Assembly: GCF_036321535.1 (NCBI RefSeq) | Contig: NC_087444.1 | Coordinates: 78,678,001-78,742,000 of the forward strand | Length of the DNA stretch: 64,000 nucleotides | Reading direction: 5' to 3' | DNA from: Camelus dromedarius | Taxonomy: Eukaryota | Part shown: piece after piece, positions 49,080 to 60,293 of the stretch | Position numbering within the stretch: position 1 is the stretch's first letter | Layout: each line of letters opens with the position of its first letter | Program-made: the position numbers and the translations under genes | Notes under the pieces: generated by a model | Database searches by the model: none | What the model saw: the letters and a program-made list of their open reading frames with translations, nothing else | Told to the model about the DNA's origin: nothing

Positions 49080-49099
49080 CTAAGTAAGAAAGAAATAGG
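49080..49099 (-). promoter_or_regulatory. Putative 3' splice site abutting ATG
   Basis: on - strand cctatttctttcttacttAG|ATG. Confidence 0.55.
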
Positions 49100-50077
49100 T
49101 TTGTAGAGACTGTGGTCCATGCAGAGGTCAAATGGGAAAAGGGGAAGAGTGTATATGGTTAGGGCCCGCAGAGCCGATGTCACTTTGCTATAGGTTGACT
49201 ACTGTCAGAAGCACCAGGGAGGAACAACTGGGAAATTGCAAAACAGGGAGCAGAAACCTTAACCCTGTACTTATTACATCTGTGGTCATTGGTCAGACAC
49301 CCAAGCTTCATGAGCCTCCATTGTCTTTCCTGTAAAATGGAGATGAAATCTGTCCCCAGGATGACATGTCCTTAGTCCTTATCAATATTGCATACGGCAG
49401 TGGATGAGAAAGTGCTTTGTAAAGCAGAGCATGGTTATTCCTTTCCTTTTGATGGCTTTAAGCAGCATTTTCTGTACTGGATTTCTCTTTTCTTTTCTTT
49501 TCTTTTCCTTTTCATTCTCTCTCTCCCTCTCCCTCTCTCTAGTTCGCAGGATCCCAGAACTCATCTGTGCTATTTTAAATAAAGGAAGACTCACAAGTCC
49601 CTTATTCTGAGACCAATCGCTCTCTTAATTGGGTTGAATGTCTGGAGGGAATTTGCCACTCTTTGTGAGAGAGAAGGACCAGCAGTAATGGTTTCTCTAA
49701 AAAAAAAAAAAAGTGAGGAATTTCTTCCCTGTATATTTTGAAGGACAACTTCTTCCAGAAAGAGAACATGTCTTTTTTTTAAGGAAACAAACTACATACG
49801 TTGACCATCACTTATGTGCCCCCGCCCTGTGCTGTGTTGTGTGTGTTGCACTTTTGATCAGTTAATTTTCATGACCCTACAAAGGAGGCATTATGTTACC
49901 CGCTTGTACACATGACTGTACCGAAGCTCGCAGGCAGTAAATGACTTGTCCGAAAGGCTGGAGGTACAGAAGTAGGGGTCCTCTGCCTCTGCCATTAGTA
50001 TTGGGGATTCAGCTTGAGTGTTAGGTGACTGAGATGATATTTGGGCTTATTTCTGACTTATCTCTTATCATATGTGT

Positions 50078-50480
50078 TAAACATTAAATATTTATTGAGC
50101 ATTTACTATATACAAGGTGTCTGAAATCAACTAATGAGCAAAACGAATGCCCATGAGCTTTTGAATTTATATTCTAAGTAGTGAGGGGCAGAGAAGGCAA
50201 ACAAAAGACAAACACAGAACTTCAGCGGGTAAGCGCTAAGGAGAAAGCAAACGGTGGGCAGTGTCTGAAGGAGGCTGTTTTAGGATGGGCGGTCAGAGAA
50301 AGCTTCTTTGGGGATCGCAACGTCTGAGTCTATTTTTGACTCACGAGAAAGAATAGGTGAACGTTGAGCTGATGGAAGAGCATTCTAAGAGGAACAAGAA
50401 AAAGGAAGTGCAGAAACCTTGGGTCAGGGAGGAGGTCAGCCTCTTCAAGGGAAATAAGAGCCAGTGTGGCTGAAGGATGG
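50078..50480 (-). mobile_element. L2 fragment
   Basis: atttattgagcatttactat...gcattctaagaggaac...agccagtgtggctg, typical antisense L2 3' region. Confidence 0.65.
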
Positions 50481-50659
50481 GGAAGCAAGAGGAAGGGGAG
50501 GCAGTCAGTTTCCTTCCATCCGTATGAGCAAAAGCTGCTGCCTTGTCGATGTGTCTCCCCACCACCCCCGGTACTTCTGAGTCTCTCCTGGTGTTCCCGT
50601 CTCTCTGTCAGCATTCCCAGTGGAAACTGAGTTTGAAGGATAAACGATCAGAATGATGG

Positions 50660-51500
50660 AATGGAATAAAGCCCAGAAACGCACCAAATGTACATGCAAA
50701 CTTGATTTATGACATGACTTGTATCGAAGATAAGTGAGGGGAAAAGGGGATGGACTTTGCAAAAAATGGTTCTTGAATAATTAGATACCTGTATAGAAAA
50801 ATACGAAGAGATTGACACCCTGCATCACAGCACATGCGCACACGCACACACAAAATCAATGTCGTGTGAGCTAGAAACATGTATGTGCAAATCTCTGAGA
50901 ATTTTCCGCTTTTGATACTGGGGGTATGGGATACAATAGGAATAAAGGAAAAGCATTTAAAAAAACAAGTTTCTTCTGTACAGCACAGGGAACTGTATTC
51001 AATATCTTGTAATAGCCTTTAATGAAAAAGAATATGAAAATGAATATATGGATGTATCTGTATGACTGGGACATTGTGCTGCACACCAGAAATGGACACA
51101 TTGTAACTGATTATACTTCAATAAAAAAGAAAGCATTTAAAACTTTCCACTTTAAAATTTAAAAATTCTAATTGTCAAAAAGTTCCGATCACCACAAACT
51201 AGAAAAATTTATCCTTGCAATATGTGTAAGTGAGGAGGGGTCCCTATGTGGGCTATACGAAGAAGTTGGTCAATTAATATACAAAGTTGGGGTTTTTAGT
51301 AGAAAAATGGGCAAAAGGTCTGGATGTATACCTCACCAAAGAATAGTAACCTCTCAAAACACAAAAAACATGCTCATCTCATCGGGAACCAAGGAAGTGG
51401 AAATTAAAACCAGAATTAGATACCACTTCTCACCTGTGCCATTGGCACAAATACAAACCTTTGAAAATATTAAATTTAACAGTGAGAACTTTCATGCACT
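50660..51500 (+). mobile_element. Ancient L1M with a short L1 3' end nested at 50963-51129
   Basis: 13-bp TSD aaagcatttaaaa at 50950-50962 and 51130-51142. Confidence 0.75.
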
Positions 51501-52329
51501 GCTGCTGGGAGTCTGGACTGGTACGTTCTCTCCCATGCTTTAATGCCGTCTTCCTCATAAGTTTTAGTAAAAAGTGCCCCTTGACAATGCTCAACATGTC
51601 CAAAGGAAGGAAGAATCAACATCTTTTCACGTCTGCTCATCTAGGCGGAGAGGGACGAGCTCGTTAAGACAGCCCCCCCTCAAGTATCAGGTGGGAAAAT
51701 ACTAAACAATAGGAATGTAGTCAATTACTTGTTACTGTTAATGTTACTTTATAATTACAGGGTCGCAGTTTAGCCCAAGAAGGTCGATATGTTCTTGGTG
51801 GAGACGTTCATCTTGGTTTGTTGGCACAGCACCTCATTTTGCAGATGGCTCTGTCCTTGGTTTGGGGACACAGAATGTTCAAGGGGCGTGTGAAGGCTCC
51901 TTCGGGTTGTCTTGCTCTCTGATAAGTTCAGATGCCCTAGAATGTCCCTGATCAACCTGCTGGAAAACTAGTGAGTGTGTCTAAAAAGGTGCTGGACTCT
52001 TTGGGGATGGTTCAAACATTTGGAGCCCATCCCACAGACACTCACACGCCCAAACTGCACCGTGATCCTGACACGTGGTTAGTTGGGGGGGGGGGGGGAC
52101 TTGGGTTTTGCCCGCACAGGGACGTTTGTGGCCTGCAGCTTGCTCCCTGTGTAACTGTGAGATCCTTAATCGCTTTAAGCCTGAGTTACCTATGACTTAA
52201 GGTGTGATGTTTCCATCAGGAATAAAAAAGATACTGTGTGATGATAGCTTTCACTTATCACCTGTGTTCTACGTCTGTGGGAATTTAGATGCAGAGCAAT
52301 CTAGTGTTGTGGCCCTCAGGCATTGTGAC

Positions 52330-52510
52330 CAGGGCCCACAGTGAAATGCATTTCGCACTGTGACCCAGTCACAATCACACACACACACACACGCCGCACA
52401 AACCCAGAAATTTAACAGAAAGCACTTACCCTTGCTTTATGCGAGCCCCTTAAATGTTTTCTCCCGTGTTCTCTGCCGCGTGCGTGGTCTTCAGTGCTAA
52501 CACGGAACTA
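52330..52510. mobile_element. hAT-Charlie-like DNA transposon fragment
   Basis: cagtgaaatgcatttcgcactgtgacccag(CA)n...cacttacccttgc...; family recalled only loosely. Confidence 0.4.
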
Positions 52511-53485
52511 CTGCATCCACTGCGTGAACCTCGGTAAGAACACCGCCATCCAGGCTAAGAGAAGGGCTCTGGAGTCAGGCGGAACCTGGTCTAGCCCGGG
52601 CTCTCTCCGGCTTAGAGGCTCTGACCTCCGGGCCTCCTGGCTTTGTCCCCAGGTGTTGACATCCCAGCCCTGACTTCTTCACATCGTCAACGGGGGTTAC
52701 GTCGGAGAATCGTCTCTGTGACGCCCACGCAGTGTCTTGCACCCAAAGGCGTCTTACAGGAGGGAGGGCTTCTCTCGGCTGTTCCCTTTTTTCTTTCCCA
52801 AATCAAGTGACCTTGCTTCCTTACCTCCCAGCTAAAGTGAGACAGATCCTGCTTCTCCTTTCTAAGGGAGATTCTGGGGCCAGAGATAGTCAGCTTCTGC
52901 CCTGGGACATAAAGGAGGATGGCAGTGACTCGAAGAGTTGGCTAGTGAACTTGAGGGACTCAGAAAGATTTGGAAGACGTTGCCTTTGGTCCTGAGCAAT
53001 GAGTTCTTACTTGCCTCTCCTCATGTCTCCATTGCTGTGTTCTCTGAGCTGCCAGGAGAACTCTGTTTTTATAGGCAACTGTGTGCAGAAGGGCCAGTTT
53101 AAATCCAAGAGATGCACCTTGGGGGACTGACCTAACCTCTGTGGATTTAGAGGAAATTTTAAAGTGAAAACTTTTCATGAAAGTGTACTGGGACTTGGGC
53201 AGGTGACTCACAGGTGCCCAGACAGCTCCCGGGCAGTTTGGAACCCCTCCTAGGTGCAGGGTTTGTGACTGACACTGCGATTGCAAAGGCTGAGATGCCA
53301 TTCCTGTTCTCAACGTGCTCCCAGAATTCTGAGGGATACTGACCCCAAAACAGACACTTGTAAGAGATGAAGAACCTGTGGGTACTGAGAGGAGGGGACC
53401 CTGGAGATTCGGGAAAACCCACTGTTAGGAGGGATATCTGAGCTCCCTCCCTCAGAAGTGTTACAGGGTCACATCTGCTTGGGAA

Positions 53486-53611
53486 GGGGAGGGTGTCGCT
53501 CAGTGCTAGAGCACATGTTTAGCAGCACGAGGTCCTGGGTTCAATCCCCAACGCCTCCTCCAAAAATAAATAAGTAAACCTAATTACCTCCCCCCGCCAA
53601 AAAAAAATAAA
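53486..53611 (+). mobile_element. tRNA-derived SINE (Vic-1-like, long tail form)
   Basis: ggggagggtgtcgctcagtgctagagc...ggttcaatcccc...aataaataagtaaacctaattacctccccc. Confidence 0.85.
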
Positions 53612-54149
53612 TCTCCTCTGCTTGATATAAGACAAGAAACAAGTAGACAGAACATTCTTCCAGTTTACAGAAAATTAAAAAATCCTTTCCCCACTGCTGG
53701 GTGCTTTAGCTAAGTCAGCATCCAACATTAAGCATTCTGTGCAGGCAACGTATCTTTTCTTCTCAATGCCGTGGATTTCCCACTAAACAGGTCTTCCGTC
53801 TATTCCCGGAGTGCCCAATGCATATTTGGAGGAACACTATCAATTTATTAATCTGTCTTATCTTTCCTTTTCCCTTTTGTGCAAATGAAATAGATATACT
53901 TAGAAGTAACGCGCCCATAACTCTTGCCTAGCGTTTTTTTCACGAACAGTAAAACCGCCAGTCCACGTGATGCTGCGGTCAGTAAGTGATAAGCAGTATG
54001 TCTGCGCAAATGGTCTGACCCACACCCTTGCGAGTATATCCTCTCCCCTCCCACCTTTTGAGGCAACCAGGTTACAATACTTTAACACGCCGCTATGTGC
54101 CTTAGTGCGCGCGCACACGCACACGCACACGCAGAGCAGTGCGTTTTGC

Positions 54150-54727
54150 ACATCTGTGCCCACGAAGGCTCTTCTGCCTAACCTTTCCCTTCTCCTCCAA
54201 ATGCAGTCGAGTTCGTCCCTCGGGCGCAATTCCATCTATGCAGAGAAGTTTCCACGCACTTCTTTTGCAGACACCGCTAACTAACCCTTTGCCCCACCCC
54301 CACCCCCCACCCCCGCCGTGAGAACGCAGTGTGACGGGACACAGCCCTCCCCCACGCCCTCTGCTGTGGCTCCTCTGCGTTACCCAGACAACTGCCTCTG
54401 ACGCACCTTTCCCGAGTTTCAGGTGCTCAGGCCAGCGCCACGTGGAAGGAATTAGCCGCCTGACGGCGGAGAGCGCGCAGCCCGCGGACCTCCCGGCGTC
54501 GCGCCGCTCCGTGAAGGGCGCACGGGGCTCGCGCACGCCGGGCGCCCCGCCCTCAGCCCGCCTGTGAGGCCGCGCAGCTGGGGCTCGTCGGGGAAGTCGG
54601 CGTCTGCGGCCGGAGTCGCCTGCTCTCCTTGCTCGGCGGCCGCGAGCCTTTCTCTGCCCCGAACGCCGATGTTCCGGTGTTCTTTTGGCCTCGCTGTGCG
54701 TCGGGCACGCGACTTGTGTTCTGTAAG
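54150..54727 (+). mobile_element. Putative ERV1 (MER4-group, MER34/MER39-like) 5' LTR; 5' boundary uncertain
   Basis: U5-like end ctccttgctcggc...cctttctctg...ttggcctcgctgtgcgtcgggca...ttctgtaa directly before a PBS-like motif. Confidence 0.45.
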
Positions 54728-54730
54728 TTT

Positions 54731-54748
54731 CGGTGAGCCTCCCAGGAG
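54731..54748 (+). promoter_or_regulatory. Putative retroviral primer-binding site (tRNA-Arg type)
   Basis: cggtgagcctcccaggag vs TGGCGAGCCAGCCAGGAG (complement of tRNA-Arg 3' end): 14/18 matches. Confidence 0.5.
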
Positions 54749-55526
54749 TCTGCCCGAGGAGCGTCCGCCCGGGGTCCCCGGCAGCGGCGGAACCCGCTTG
54801 GCCCCGGGCGTCCGAGAGGGCCCGTCCCGGACCGGGCCGCCGCCCCGCCGCCGAAGGCCGCTCGGAGCCGAGGACGCCTGGAGCTCCGGCCGCGCTCGGC
54901 GCCGCCTGGGGGTGAGTCGCCCCGCTCGCGCGGGCGGGGGTTCTCCCCACGCCACCTGCGCTCCTCCCCGCGTGGGGCCTGAGCCACTCCGGGCCCATTC
55001 GCTCCCGGGAGCCTGGCCGCTGCGGAAGCCTCCTTCGGGGGTGGCAGTGGGACTCGGGGCTGCCCTCCGCCTGCTCTTCTGTCTGCGGGTCAGTGCTGCT
55101 CGGGCGGCGCGGCTCCCGCGCGGCGGGCCCTTCGCTGTTGACGTGACCTCGCCCGCGGCAGCGCGCGGGCTGGAATGTTGCCTTCCTAGCCGTGCTGTTT
55201 TAGTCAACACCGCGGATGGCGCGTGGGCGGGGGTTCTCCCCGTTTGGGCTGCCAGGGCACTGGCTGGGGACGCCCACTGGGGTGGGGAACTGTGACCCTG
55301 AGAGACCCGCTTTGCACTGGGTTTGCTTGCTTCGTATTGGGTAGCACCAGCTGTGAATAATTACGGGTATTCAGAGCGCTGCTCCGTCTTACGGTCCCCT
55401 GGGATGGTTTTGCAAAACTGAGAGCGCTCCGGCTATGCTCCCGTAAGTGAAAGAAAATGACAGTTTTTATCCTAACACTGTGAGCTGAGTACTTCCTGAG
55501 ATCTGGAGAACAGTGGTCCCTAATGG

Positions 55527-55528
<2 letters not shown>

Positions 55529-55574
<46 letters not shown>
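55529..55574. repeat. (GT)23 microsatellite
   Basis: direct count. Confidence 0.95.
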
Positions 55575-55575
<1 letters not shown>

Positions 55576-56884
55576 GGTACCTGGGTCCAAATCCTGTTGG
55601 GTGTGTGTGTGAGTGTCTCAGTACCTGAGTTCTTATCCTGTTCTCTCTTCCTGGTTTTGCTGAAACTGAGGCATGTGAATCTGAGTGAGTATTACATCAT
55701 TATCTATTACTGTTGTTTCTTGAAACTGAAATGGATATTTGGGAACTGGGGAAAAAAAATCCCTGAAAAAGGTCAAGATGATGGGGTTTTATAGAAGCAG
55801 TTAGGGGAGCATTTGTCTTCCTGTGCCTTTGAGCTGTAGATGACCTACCTCGGCTCTTAGGGGAAAAAGAGTTTTTGTTGTTGTTGGTTTTGGTTTTTTT
55901 TTTAAACTCAAGCGAGAAAACTATGAGATCCTTGGTTCTGTCTGTCCTTATGTAAAAAATTAACTTGTAAATGACCTCTATTTAATTGACTTACAAGTAA
56001 GTGCTTACAAATTAAATTCTAAATATAAAAGAAGCTAGACAGAACAGATTTCAGGTTCATGTGATCTAGAAAACATTCAGTATTGACTTGACATCTGATA
56101 TTAAAGATATTAAAGCTTAAGCTCGTTGGTATAATCAATACAGACATGGCTTTTATTGCACCTAAGTTTACTGAAGTTCAGTAAGTTCACATTTCTGCTG
56201 CAGAGTTTGTCAGCAGCAAGAAAAAACTTAACTTGGTGTGATGAAATTCTTATAAGTGAATTAAATGCAAGTGAGCTAAGAGCTTTTGGGTGAACTCTTT
56301 AGAAATAATCATTTTAGGAATGTCTGCTTAAAAATGATCTCTCTAGATATTTGGTAACTTTAAAGTTTAGAGTTGTGCTGAATTAAGTTAAATGATGGAA
56401 GTTTATTGAGCGGTTGAATAGCTAAGTCATTCCAAACAAAATAAGATACTGAAACAAACATTCACTAGAAATTAAAATTTTTAAGAATTGAGGATTCTAA
56501 TTTAAATATGTAATTGAAGCTACTAAAAAATGGGGGAACCATTTCAGTATACAGTAGGAAAGTAGGATACAGGTTTTGATTAGAAAAGAAAAAAAGAAAA
56601 AGAGTTATGAGGAATGGAATTGCATTTTGTTAAGAGGAAAGGGAGTGATCTGGTTCCAGAGCTGGTTGTTTCTAGATGGGGAAAAATAGACTACTATGGA
56701 TATGGAAAGTTGTGGAAAGTTTGCGGAAAGGGAGCCCTAACAAAGGAGCTCTGTGCCTGGTTGTGCTGAGATTAAACTTAATTGGGTAAATGATTTTGTT
56801 ATTAAAAGTGGGCTGGTACAGGACTAGGTGTGGTGCCTCCCTGTTAAGAGAACAAGTTTACTTAGAATGCGTGTCATAACAATA

Positions 56885-57855
56885 TTGCTAATTATCAGAG
56901 AAATGCAAATCAAACATACAATGAGGTATCACTTCACACCAGTCAGAATGGCCATCACTTAAAAAGAGCATGAAGGATAAATGCTGGAGAGGGTGTGAGA
57001 AATAGGGAACCCTCCTACACTGCTGGTGGGAATGCAGTTTGGTGCAGCCATTATGGAAAACAGTATGGAGATTCTTCAAAAGACTAAAAATAGACTTACC
57101 CTATGATCTGACAATCCCAGTTCTGGGTATATGTCCAGAGGGAACTCTAATTTGAAAAGTTACATGCACCCCAGTGTTTATAGCAGCACTATTTACAATA
57201 GCCAAGACATGGAAGCAACCTAACTGTCCATCAACAGATAAAGGAGTTGTGGTATATATTCACATGTGGAATACTATTCAGGCATAAAAAAGAATAAAAT
57301 AATGCCATTTGCAGCAACATAGGTGGACCTGGAGATCATCATACTAAGTGAAGTAAACCAGAGAGAGAAGGAAAAATACCATATGATATCACTAATATGT
57401 GGAATTGAACAAAATGACACCATTGAACTTATTTACAAAACAGACACAGACTCGCAGACATAGAAAACAAGCTTGTGGTTATCAGGGCGGGGGGAAGAGG
57501 TGAGAGCAAAAGAGGTGGGGAGGGATAAATTGGGAGTTTGGGATTAACAGATACAAACTATGATATATAAAGTAGATGAGTAAGTTTCTACTGTACAGCA
57601 CAGGGAACTATTTCAATACCTTATAGGAACCTATGATGAAAAAGAATATGAGGGGGGAGGGTGTAGCTCAGTGGGAGAGCCTGGGCTTAGCATGCACGAG
57701 GTCCTGGGTTCAATATCCAGTGCCTCCCTGTAAAAAAAGAAGTTTCAAAAGAAAAAGAATATGAAAAGGAATGTATGTACGTATATGTATGACTGAAATA
57801 CGTTGTACACTAGAAATTGACACACATTGTAAACTGACTGTGCTGCAATACAAAA
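56885..57855 (+). mobile_element. 5'-truncated L1 inserted in the ERV, itself carrying a SINE
   Basis: ctaattatcagagaaatgcaaatcaaac...acctcctacactgctggtggg...cattgtaaactgactg. Confidence 0.88.
57652..57750 (+). mobile_element. tRNA-derived SINE (Vic-1-like) with 14-bp TSD
   Basis: gaaaaagaatatga at 57638-57651 and 57751-57764 flanking gggggagggtgtagctcagtggg...ggttcaat. Confidence 0.92.
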
Positions 57856-58491
57856 CAATGCTTCTGGTAACAGATTGTGTGAAACTTTTTGATACTTCTC
57901 ACAAACTTCCTATCAAAATCGAATTAAAGTTCTTTTGACTGCAGTTAACTTTGGGGTGCTTCAGAGGGTCCCTGAGGCATCTCAGAGAAAAGTGTTAAAG
58001 TGACTAGGGTTGGTTGGTGCGCTGAGTTGCGTGGGAGACGTTGTCAAGTGAGTGGTAGGCCGCCTCAGATTATGCAGTATGGATAAGTGTTATTAATATA
58101 GGTATTCTAGAAATGATAGAGAGTGTCTGGTATTTGGATGTGTCCTGGTATAATGCGGTCAGTCACGATTCTGATTGTTCTCTTGGAATGCTCCAGCCTC
58201 AGCAACTTATTGAAGCTTGCCAAATCAGTATAATCAGGGTCTTTCCCTTGCCTTTTAAAATCTCTTGTCATTCATAGACAGGTAAGCTGGTGCTTTGCAA
58301 AACTGCTTCGCCTTCAAAAAGACCCATAAAAGGGACTTTTGGACAAGTACACGTTTCTTATAAACCATGCTGCTGAGCTGGGTAAAAGACGTAAGATGTC
58401 TAATGAAAACTCTGACTTCATGAAACTGTTAGTAAAAGGGCTGATGACACAGGATCGTGTGAACTGATGAGGATATGAGGCTGGGCGAATA

Positions 58492-58619
58492 CTGTCATCC
58501 CTCGGTGTTTGCGGGTGATTGGTTCCAGGACTCCCCACAGATACCAAAATCCAAGGACGCTCAAGCCCCTTACAGTCAGGCCTCTGGGTGTGGAACCCAC
58601 AGATACGGAGGAATGACTG
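58492..58619. mobile_element. Internally deleted Tigger MITE (MER2-like), 128 bp
   Basis: TA flanks at 58490-91 and 58620-21; imperfect TIRs ctgtcatccctcggtgt / cagtcattcctccgtat; body ggattggttccaggac...gataccaaaatcca.ggacgctcaag as in MER2. Confidence 0.75.
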
Positions 58620-58624
58620 TATTT

Positions 58625-59165
58625 AAAAGTACGTTTGGTAGTTTCTGATAATGTTAAATGTATACCTACCCATTGACCCAATAATTCTACTTTTAAGATA
58701 TTTATCTAAGGGAAATGACATGTCCACAAAAGACTTGTAGGCGAATGATCATGGCAGCTTTGTTCACAATTGACAAAATCTACAACCCAAATGTTTATCA
58801 ACAGGTGAATGAGTTAACAAATGTAATACATTATACATCAGAATACTACTTAGCAATGACAAAGGGACAAACTACTGAGAGACTAAAAAATATGAATGTC
58901 TCATGTTGATCCAAATCATGCACAAATGAGTGCATACTCTGAGTTCCACTTATAGAAAGTTTCAGAACAGATAAGAACTAACCTATGGTAAGAAAAAAAA
59001 TAGAAAAGTTATTAAGTCAGTTCTGGCAGAACTGATGAGGGGCAAGAGGGAACTTTCTGGGATAAAATAAATGCCCTGTATGTGGATAGGCCTGGGAGCA
59101 TACGCATTCTTCAGACTGAACATTTAAGGTTTGTGCGTTTCATTGTGCATAAATTTTACATAAAA
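58625..59165 (+). mobile_element. Ancient L1M 3' region
   Basis: gacccaataattctacttttaagatatttatc...catggcagctttgttcacaattg...cattgtgcataaattttac. Confidence 0.65.
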
Positions 59166-59619
59166 GAGCTGAGAACAAGTACTGAGCTCTAGTTAATGGA
59201 GTTGCTTTTCAGAGAGGGATCGGGTAGAAGTTTGTCAGTTCCATTCCTCTGTTCCAAACTGTAAAATCTTGTTCTTAGGATAAAACTCACTAAAGTATGT
59301 GTCAGTAAGGGGCACGGTGTGTCTAATACTCTCAAATAATTTTGAAAAAATAATAAAATTGTGACAGAGAAAAGGAGAAAGGCTAAGCAAATGAAGGAAA
59401 ACACAATTTGTGACAGTGCACAAGATACATCGTAGTTTTAAGTGCGCTCACGGCTTTCCTGTTAGTCTGAAATTATATCAACATTCATCGCTGAATTGAA
59501 TTGTAAGATAAATGAATTTTATATAAAACTTAAATTTTAAAGCAAAAAACCCAACACATATAAAACTCTACGTAAAACTTCTTTAAAAAGTCAATAAACA
59601 AAGAAATCCATAGTTTGTC

Positions 59620-60020
59620 ATGATTTTTATTTAATACGTATGTTGTGACCATATTTCCATGCCAGGCATTAAAAACCTACTTCACTTCGTAGCCCAGTAT
59701 TTGTCTCGGATGAACATTAATAGGATGTATTTTATCCATTCACTTTTGATGGACACGTAGGTTATTTCTGATTTTTTTTATTATAAAGATGCAATGAATA
59801 TCATTGTACGTATTAGCTCTCTGCACTTGTAGGGACACAGAGAAACATTTGAAAAATATTTGTCCATCTTCTAGGAGTAAAATGTTGGGACTGTTTGCAT
59901 TTCTCAGTTTCCTGGTGAAGTTGATCTCTCCATGTGAGGTGCCAGTGGGCTGTGACTCACCTTTGATCGCTTGCTTTCTCATGCAGATCGCTCACGTTTC
60001 TCAAGGGTAATTCGGCTTTT
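59620..60020 (-). mobile_element. Ancient L1M fragment
   Basis: ttttatccattcacttttgatggacacgtaggtt...gcaatgaatatcattgtac. Confidence 0.55.
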
Positions 60021-60121
60021 GCTACTGATTGATTTAAACGTGTGTCTAGTAGGTGGGAGGTCTGTTTCTCCAGTGTCTCATTTGCCTTCAGTATGATGGT
60101 GTTTGGAACCATAAAATTTTA

Positions 60122-60235
60122 GGGGGGGGGGTACTTTTTTTTTAACTTTTTTATTCTTAATAGGAGTGCTGGGGATTGAACCCAGGACCTTGTGCACGCT
60201 AGGCAAGCTCTCTACCACTGAGCTATACCTTCCCC
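60122..60235 (-). mobile_element. tRNA-derived SINE (Vic-1-like) just downstream of the OR stop codon
   Basis: reverse complement ggggaaggtatagctcagtggtagagagc...ggttcaatcccc; imperfect flanking repeat accataaa..atttt. Confidence 0.85.
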
Positions 60236-60293
60236 TGGGACCATAAAGATTTTTAAATCAGCACATGAGGGGTCTGACTTTCAGAGACCAGCA

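Larger units (their letters stand above)
54090..55270. promoter_or_regulatory. CpG island (possible promoter) coinciding with an ERV 5' end
   Basis: dense CpG; 54841-54900 is 50/60 GC; E-box ccacgtgg (~54438), ggaagt (~54592), GC boxes, donor-like GG|GTGAGT at 54912-54917. Confidence 0.8.
54749..58440 (+). mobile_element. Decayed non-autonomous ERV1 (MER4-group-like) internal region, interrupted by L1; no 3' LTR seen
   Basis: GC-rich leader, then long AT-rich non-coding sequence typical of MER4-group internals (55900-56880, 57860-58440); no gag/pol/env ORF in the track. Confidence 0.5.

Noticed and set aside
54579-54594. tggggctcgtcgggga resembling a tRNA-Pro PBS
   Set aside because: Needs a gap and mismatches, is easily matched by chance in GC-rich DNA, and lies inside the putative LTR. 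The Arg-type site at 54731 fits the architecture better.
54102-55295. 298-, 252- and 243-aa ORFs in the CpG island
   Set aside because: Pro/Arg/Gly-rich products open in several frames with no gag or other domain motif, as expected for CpG islands.
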